A DNA stretch of 59,278 bases, counting the filler, from Asterionella formosa (taxonomy: Eukaryota): the NCBI GenBank assembly GCA_002256025.1. It is 6 parts of 6 records of this genome, joined end to end, with 100 filler letters (N's around TTAATTAATTAA, not from the genome) between each part and the next. Parts side by side here need not be neighbours in the genome. Positions count along the whole stretch, not along the records: positions 49,500 to 59,278 come from NKIB01010232.1; 5 more parts are not named here. One strand, given 5' to 3'. Positions 50,969 to 59,278 of this stretch are shown one piece after another (position 1 is the stretch's first letter; each line of letters starts with the position of its first letter). The notes beneath the pieces are model-generated. The model did no database searches. It had not been told where the DNA came from and saw nothing but the letters and a program-made list of their open reading frames with translations. The translations under genes and the position numbers were made by a program.

Positions 50969-53664
50969 GTCCTTGCTCTGATTCTGGCAACCACGATAAA
51001 GCAGCCATGTCGAGAGGCATGAGTGTTTGTGATAAAATCTTTGTTTGTCGTTCAAGTCATCATATGTCTTCGATGAATCATCATCTACATTGCACAGAAT
51101 GTTCGTCTGCAATCCGTTAAGAGCTTGAAAAGAAATCCAATGAAAACGAAATGGCTCATCACACAAGACGAATATTTCCGGTCTGTCACCAGAGCATCAA
51201 TCAGTGCTACAACCTTAATCATAGCTAAACAACATCCATTATCATAGAACAGCACAATCTACTTCTATGTAACATCGTCTCTCTAAGAAGAACGTAATAC
51301 ATCTAGAATTGAAAACGCAGCATAGCAGGCGATATGCACAAAGAAGCATGAGACTGTGCCGTCTATTTATAGTAACAGAGTGATTCTGGTTTCGTAATTT
51401 TTCTATCTCATTAGATTTTCTTTGTCATCGTACTAGTTCCTGACCTTTGAAGACAGGAGCGTATTCTTTGATGTATCTGGAATATTTCAATGGATGGCAG
51501 CAGTTTGTATTTAGACACCAACTTCGACAAAAGCACTAGTACTTTGTAGATGTTCAAAAAAAGCCAGAAATTTTGGCCTATCAACCACCTGCCAGCAGTC
51601 TATACTGCAAAAATGCAAGAAGCACAAGTTGAACGCCCATTTATGGATTCAAGTTTCAGTAGTGCAACAATGCAAAATATTAGAAACCGGAAGTCACATT
51701 TCATCTAGTTTCGGTTTTCATTAGCTATACTAGCTAGTATTGATTGAGAGGAAGCAATTGTAGAATGCCAAACAGGCGAGGGCAAACACAGAGAATCCTA
51801 CTAATTTTTCTCCCCAATGATCCCAGACCCTTCTTGAATGTCACTTGCTACAGTAAATGGACAACAGCCGCCATGATCTGATGATTGTTGCTTACTGTAT
51901 GGTGCCACTGAGGACCAAAACCTCCAGAAATCTCAATGAGTTGCTTGTTTCTTGACTTGAATGCAAAAGGGATCGAAACCAGTGAAAAATTCAAAAGGGA
52001 ACTAAAAATGCTCTGCGAATATCAGGACCATTATGAAAGAGAAATGAAGGTTCTTGGGAGGAGAAGTAAAGGGATAATTGCTTCTGCTGGTCTTGCGGGA
52101 ACAAGAATGGATTTAACCAAACAATATTGACAAATAGGTACCTACCGGAAAAGGAAGCAATGCTTTCGGCATCATCAATCTAGCTGTACACAAGCCTGCG
52201 CCAACTGACAGCAATATAGCTACCTCGACTTCATCAATGAAGAAGTCAATGGGTGGAGCATGTGAGGAAATTCGGGGTTGAGGTTTTCTTGACGCCAACG
52301 TGGACCTGCTTGGCTGAACTCCTCGCATATGAAGGCATTGAGTAACCTGGGCCTGTGAAGCCAAAGGATAAAGAAAAATCTATGACAAGGGTGCGTTGTG
52401 AGATAGTGTTTAGGAGGCAGGGGGGAGCAAAAGTTATCATAGCTGAACGCATTCGAAACTCGTGTAGACAATAAATGGTGGCATACCATGGTTGCTCTTG
52501 GCTGACAGTTGCCAAGTCAAGTACAAACACAACGAGGGTGCACAAAAGACAGTCCAATTTGAATCGACTGGCTGATACTTAGTTGTGAGACTCACCATTC
52601 TGCAATGGGGTGGACTTGCTTTGATCATTGCTTCGTTCGAAGCACATTCAATTCGAATGCTGTCCAGTGAAACAGCCAATGAAAACAATTGTGGCGAAAA
52701 AGCGCAGAAGAGATCAAGAGATTTCATAAGAATTAAAATAACAGGGCATAGATGATGCACTGCTCCTTGTGTAGATCATATTTGAAAATTTCCATATTTC
52801 ATACTATACAGGTTCAGCATGGATGACTCCATCCGCCCTTTCATTAGATATGCAGCCATGTTGCGATAATTCTACAGGACCTATAGGATTGGTAGTCTGG
52901 TGGTCATCATTTCCGCATTGTATATACCAGCCAGTAGTAGGAGTCATGTATACATGCATGCTGCGATAATTCTTACAAGACATAAAAATTTGGTAGCTTT
53001 GGGGTTATCACTTCCGTACTGAAGTATACAGGGGGGAGGGGTTGCATGCATGAGCAACTACTCCGGTATAAACTATGATCTTTAATGAATAAATTTTGAT
53101 TCGTTTATCCTATACCTTTGATCATAACATATTGATCATATGATAAATGGTGTCGTTAATGAGAAAATGAAAGATCAAAAAGTATTTTCAGGATAAATTG
53201 ATCTTAAAAATATGATCAAATGATCCTAAACACATGAGCATATTCAGTTTTCCGCTGCACTATTGTGGTATTCCCATGATAGAAGTAATACCCAGCAAGT
53301 ATACAGTGCTACCGGTATGTCAATGTGTCTATATACATAAATGTATGATTTCGAACATTTGAAAAATTGGTGATGACTCCCGTTTATTAAGGTGCTTAAT
53401 TAAATCAGCCACTTACTTGTAGGTACAAGAATTGACACAAAAAAATGAAAAAATTGATCAGGTCGTGGAAAATTATGAACTCATAATGCATTGTATATAT
53501 TTGAATTATGTATTATCAAAATTGATGTTAGTATACACAGGATGTGCCATATAATGAGCGTGCTTAAAACTATGCAAATGTTCAACTATATATACATTTA
53601 AACTGCTTACAAATCTTTATGTACATGTACTCATGGCTGAAACATTTGAAATCATGTTTTTATT

Positions 53665-54010
53665 TTCCTTGTCATGCATACACTTTGCTCCTGAAATGAA
53701 GGATCATCACAAATGATGACGCGGAAAACGAAAGTGATAATACAACACAATGATACTTTAGGCTTAGAAGGAGTGACTACGGAGAAGGGCGGAATCAATT
53801 GATGGTAAGTCAAGAGCAAATGCCTTTCATGTTCCTTGTCATGCATGAACTTTCTGAAATGAAGGATTTGAAGCAACACATGATGCGAAAAACTGAATTG
53901 ACAATACAACACGATGATATACCACGTGGCTAGCTAAGAAGGAGTGAATATGATGGAGAAGAGCGGAATCAACAAGTTGTGCATAGTATCACGGTTTGTC
54001 AAGAGCAAAT
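53665..54010. repeat. Diverged ~170-bp tandem duplication
   Basis: CCTTGTCATGCAT...CTGAAATGAAGGAT...AATACAACAC...AGAAGGAGTGA...GCGGAATCAA...GTCAAGAGCAAATG occurs twice. Confidence 0.8.
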
Positions 54011-57000
54011 GACAGGATGATCAATTGTTGGGATTACAAATACAGAATGACTTGTCCCCTTTTCAGTGATTCAAAAGCTCCTTTTCGATTTGGTGGCTGG
54101 CCAACCATCAATGTGCACAAAAGAAATCGGTAAGTGTTATCATCATTGAATCAATCCACAACTGTTAGAAAAACTGACACATATGTGTTGCTTCTTTCAG
54201 AATAATGGTGTATTGATCATACAAAAAACTGATTGATATCAACTAATGTTTTGGTGTTCGATCTAAGGATAGTAATCGTGAGATCAAATCAGTTATTCAT
54301 TCAGTCTAACCTTTGGAATGCTAATATCAAATATAATTTTCAGCTTTCAATCCAACCTTCATTACTAGTACTGATCTAACTTATTTCTCTCATTGATCGA
54401 ACCTATTATCATGTTCGATCAATGATGAACAAAAAACGAATTAAATGGATTGCTATTTAATGCTCAAATATTCTACTTCTGGTCACCCATACTTTACACT
54501 GTGCATCCTCTATCAGAATGAGCACACAGTGGTCTTCAATACCTTAATTTTCACATCCGGTAGCTATGTTTGGATCATTGCCTTTTCAAAATGAAATGAG
54601 AGAGTAAACGAAATTGATGATGCTTTATTCGAACGTCTACCAATGCGAATAGCAGCAAGTCACATTCTCCAATGTTCTTGTACAACTTTCCTGTAAGAAA
54701 TGAAAACAGCAATTTTAGCAAAACTGTTGCATCAAGTAGGCACGGCATCTAAACGAAGATATGTGCAACGAAACAAACACATGAACAATCCATCACTCCA
54801 ATTTCCGTATGAGCAGGCAATGTGCACAAAACTTGCCTGTGCTCTCATGGTTAATTGTTGCTTCCATTAAGAATGGTAGTAAGCCACATTCTCCAAGGTT
54901 CCTGTATAATTTTGAGGAGATAATATCAATGTTAGCAAAAGTGTTGCAACGATTAAAGCATCTCCAGCCACACATGTGCCACGAACTGATGACAAAAACA
55001 ATCTCTATAGTAACTTCACGTTACAATCGACATAACGAGCATCAAATTAGAGTATATTAACTTACCTATGCTCTCACTGTTGATTGATGGGTGACAGGGT
55101 AGCGTTGTTAACCCTCACATCTGCATATTTGGAAGGGAAAGATGTTATTAATGTCGAAATCCTAATTATTGGACACAGACACTACAAAGCCTCTGCAGCA
55201 TTTTGAACAAAAATATTAAGTGCGGTTTCTTTCCTCGTAATTAGGTTAATTTTTATCGTTCGTCCTGAAGAAGTGTAGAAACTTTGAGTGGTAACAGCGC
55301 ACACGAACAGCGATACAATTTTATAGTTTGCTTCTGGTCTCACACGGTACCGATCATAAGCCCCTTAGTAGCCACAGTTGAGAAGCAAAACAATCATATA
55401 ACTTACCTCTTCTCACCGGTTGTTTTGATACCGATAGAAGGCTCTCCATCACCATTCCCTCATTAGTTTGTTATGTGGAATAGAATGCATTACCGGCATG
55501 AATTTTTTAACAATATCTCAACATTTCCTCTTCTTCAAAAAGTGTGTATAACATACATCTCTGTATGTCTAGTAACTTTTTCGAAGGAAGATTTAATACC
55601 CTTCTTCCAGTATGTATGATTAGATTAAATATACAAGACTTAACAGGAATTCGAATACCCGGTAGTGTGAAACTGTACCTATTACTACGCTGATACTATG
55701 AAACTTTAGTTTTGCCCTACCAGCATTCCCTTCTTCCCCTTGTCTCAATACCCGGTCGGAACATGACATGGCTGCCTACATGGAAACTGTACCTATTTCT
55801 AAGCTGGTACTATGAAACTGCAGCTTTGCGCTACCGATCTAACGTCTATCACTGAGTATGTCGGTGCTGCATCTCTTCCAATCCAGCACTTGCCCACTGT
55901 CTAATCCTACAGTTGACAGACCATTATCCCTTTTTGCTCCGCTCCTTGTTCTGTTACAGTCACGTTTTTCTTGACAACTTGACATTTGCACGCTATCGAT
56001 AGTGTCATATATCACTTGTTATCTGGAATGGCAAATGTTCTGAGTGCTAAAAGGAATGGAACGATCTTGGTTGTGAAGGGGAAACCGATCGCAAATTTTT
56101 CAATCAGGAAAAACGTTTTTCTATGGCGTAATTCATGTTGTCTGTTAAAGAGACAACAGAAGAGTAAGGCACGACTCTTACTGGTTAGATAATTTGTTCA
56201 GGATGACAAAGGCAAGGAGAAGAGACTAGATGACAGTGTCCTGGATTTTTTTCTCAACAAATTCTATGTGGTCCTAGAGTCTGGCTTGTTTAACAAAGCA
56301 TCATTTGAAACTTCAAGGAAATTTCGGAATCATATAGGGCCAGCAATGATTTTATGGAAAACTCACTTTCCTCGAGATTTTAGACTACATCAGAAAGACG
56401 ACAATATCCACCAAATGCACCCATGAACTACATTCAGACTGGCGACCATGTCCTGTTTCAATATTTCCAACTCCTTACTGGATAAATGGGACAAATCACT
56501 TTTCTCCTCGACCTGTTCTTTATTTACTTTACCAATCACAATTTCGGAACTCTTTGGTGACAAGTCATGGACTGCTTCTTCCGGATTGGCAACCATGTCT
56601 GGAGTTGCCTTTAATTTCCATTTTGCTTTTGCTCTGGAAGGGGGAGATTTTGTTATATCAAGTCTATCAGATTCGATAGACTCAATAAGACGCTCTGAGG
56701 AAGTAGAAATAAGATCTACCATAGGCATAAAAGCAACAAAATCTTTACTTCTTGAAATTGTATTGGGAGAAGATGAACTGGCATCAACTTTTTCGTTTTC
56801 ACTCGCCTGTGTCAATGCATGAACGGAAAATACACAACATCGGTGATCTTTATTTGGAATGGCTGACAGTGATGACTAATTCCATCGGCTTGGCAGGAAA
56901 AAAGCTTTCCGATTTTGGCGATGCTTCTCAAATGTAGCGGTAATGGTGCACAGAAGCTTGTTCCTCTTTTCTTCTGTATCAATACCAGCACCAACAATAT

Positions 57001-58019
57001 TAGTAAAAGTACAGGGATCATTTGAAACGCCCCAATAACGGAGAAGTTTATCAACATCATTGGACTCATTTCGACAACCATTGTTGCTGTACAAGAACAT
57101 ATATGTGGGACAAGCTACACTATGTATATATAAGCTATATATATAAAGCGGTCACTTTGTGGAAAGTATATGTGTGGCAATGGGGTTAGGCTGTCCTATA
57201 TATTGCCTCTGATGTTGCCGATAAAGAGATTCTTAAAACAATGGGATAGTACAATGCTATTAAGCAAAGTTTCAATTATTATTTCGAACCCCCTGCTGTT
57301 CAAGGTTCACGTGATGCTACTATTTCCTGAATGAAATGAAGCTACTTCCTGATTAGTGATGTTGCGGCTCTAATTCTGCAACATACAAACGTTCTCGCCA
57401 ATAGCTACTAGTCAATGAGATTGGAAGACCCATGATTAAGGCCATGAGCAACAAACTGCGCCGCCATCTGGTCCATCTTCACTTTGATCCACATCTCATC
57501 TTGAAGAACAGATTCGAAATACGGATTGATGTTCGCAATGGACAAATTATGATCAAAAGGTATTATCTTCTTGATTTCGGCTGGAATTGCAATTGGGTAT
57601 GGCCTTCAATGCATCGTTCTCCAATTCTGTTGTATAAATTGACCAAAGCTTTTGATTTCGAGTAACAAACATACAATCAAACTTCGCCAGCATAATTCCC
57701 CATCAATATCGAGACCATATCATTTGTTATGAGACTGGGATCATCTTTGTCCCTGCAAGAAGGTAGCTTGTAAGGGATTCAACAAACGCACAAGGCCTGT
57801 AAGAAATTCGATTACTGATATGCGAATGGAGAGATAATGACGAGAATACTACCGGTATAAGAATTGGATCAAAGCATGTACCGGTAGAGCATTCAAATCG
57901 GAATGGCAACAAGGAGCGCACCGTTGTTGTACAGAATTCATTCTGATAGCATCATCAGGTACAAGGTTTACATACACGTAAGGTGATCTGTGTAAAATCA
58001 TAACCTTCACTAAAACAAT

Positions 58020-58420
58020 AATTGATCAAAGAGAAACAGCTATTGATCAATCAAACAACATATCAATTTATCAAAACATTTGGTTAGCAGATTAGTTTTG
58101 ATAACTAATATATATGACTTCTATCTATGCATGTGTAACCTCACGTGTGTAAGTAAATAATCTGACAAACAAGTTTGATTGACCACACCAACACAGTCAT
58201 TGATACATCAAAATTATCATGAACATAACAAAACATTTGATCAGTATATCAACAATTATGGTTAACCAATTAGATTTGGTAAGTAATATATACGAGTTCT
58301 AATATACGCATAACTTAACATGTGTATGCTACTAAGCTAATGTTCAAATTTAATTGATCATACAGACACTGCTGTTGATATATCAAAATTATCATCAACA
58401 TGTCAAAATATTTGAATAAT
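58020..58420. repeat. Diverged ~175-bp tandem repeat, 2-3 copies
   Basis: TTGATA(C/T)ATCAAAATTATCAT.AACAT..CAAAA.ATTTGA recurs at ~58200 and ~58375, with a weaker copy at ~58045. Confidence 0.6.
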
Positions 58421-58520
58421 CAATCAGTTTTTTAACGTATGCTGAGTAAAACGTTGGATCTAGAAGAGGCAGTCCTAGGCAAAGCGGCAGAGGCTGCCTG
58501 CTACCAGGTACCTGGTACCT

Positions 58521-59278
58521 GGTGAAGTATCTAACTAGAAGTAGTAGTATTTGTTGAATATATGAGCTTATTTGTTAATCCTTGTGTGTAACTCGTTCTC
58601 CAAGTCGACACCAAAGTATACAATGAGGGTTAGTCGAGTTCTCTCATTATTGAGTTCTTATACATACATGATATAACACTAACCCTATATACATCTGTAT
58701 TGATGCGCAAGATCGCTCACTCTCCCACACCAAGGGAAAACCTTTTACCTTTGAAAAGGTTTGATGTAATGGATATTAATTCAGTCCGTAGTATGCATAG
58801 TTTGTTGAAAAGTAACTGGACCATTGGCATATACTTGAATAAATAGAATAAGGACCTCGTCCATGGTTATCCAAGGTAGTAGGATTATCCAATAGGATTA
58901 AAACCTCATCAACAACCTTGTAATCGCAAGAACGACGACGGAAAGTATCACGACGTAGTCATTTGTCAATTATCACTTATCGACATTGATATCCCAATAT
59001 CAATTTCATATCTGTAATCAAATCGTGTTGGAAAACCCATGTTCCTGGTGAAAATACACAATGTACTATAAATAGTAACTCGAGCTGCATATGATACAGC
59101 AAACTGGTATCCACAATATTCTGAACTTGAAATTCCTTGATTGGAGGATGAGCCTTTAACATGACTTGTACATAGATTTTTACTGATAGATTGATGTAAA
59201 CGTTCACGGATAGCATTTGTTTGTGGATTCTTGACTGTAAAGGTCCCAATTTTAATTCCATTCAACACTTGCATGTGT
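58521..59278 (-). mobile_element. Ty3/Gypsy 3' end copy 2: LTR 58521-58719 plus degenerate integrase
   Basis: 199-bp LTR matching 19084-19287 (which carries an extra GTCGA); integrase motifs TVKNPQTNAIRERLHQ, YAARVT and SPG..VF. Confidence 0.85.

Noticed and set aside
51936..52760. Fragmentary coding-like region
   Set aside because: Multiple stops in all frames and no recognisable domain.
58465..58500. Helitron-like 3' hairpin (AGGCAG...CTGCCT)
   Set aside because: Short imperfect stem with a long loop, no downstream CTRR terminus and no Rep/helicase remnant.

Overview
Eukaryotic nuclear DNA, most likely a diatom (inference from short GT-AG introns, bipartite plastid-targeting presequences with Phe at +1, and diatom/stramenopile-type transposons). 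The window is not one locus. It is six ~9.8-kb contigs joined by artificial 100-bp N44-TTAATTAATTAA-N44 linkers, so adjacency across linkers carries no information. Host genes: PRP22/DHX8, NOM1/Sgd1, cohesin SA/Scc3, a plastid PPR protein, a plastid YbaB/EbfC-like protein, a RING protein and an intronless bacterial-type ppnP (HGT candidate). Most of the rest is decayed transposons: two tandem APE-RT LINEs (Ambal-like), three Crypton (tyrosine recombinase) copies, Copia, a pogo-like DDD element between two tandem arrays, two Gypsy ends, a solo LTR and a Harbinger. The strongest unexplained signal is heavy enrichment of the palindrome TACCGGTA (23 copies counted) and of TACCWGGTA (15 counted) outside host CDSs. 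These may be TA-site transposon excision scars or a HIP1-like motif, and both Gypsy copies abut them. The Crypton ends also share TATGG termini and a conserved core that could be a recombinase site. All family assignments come from motif recognition by eye; no searches were run.
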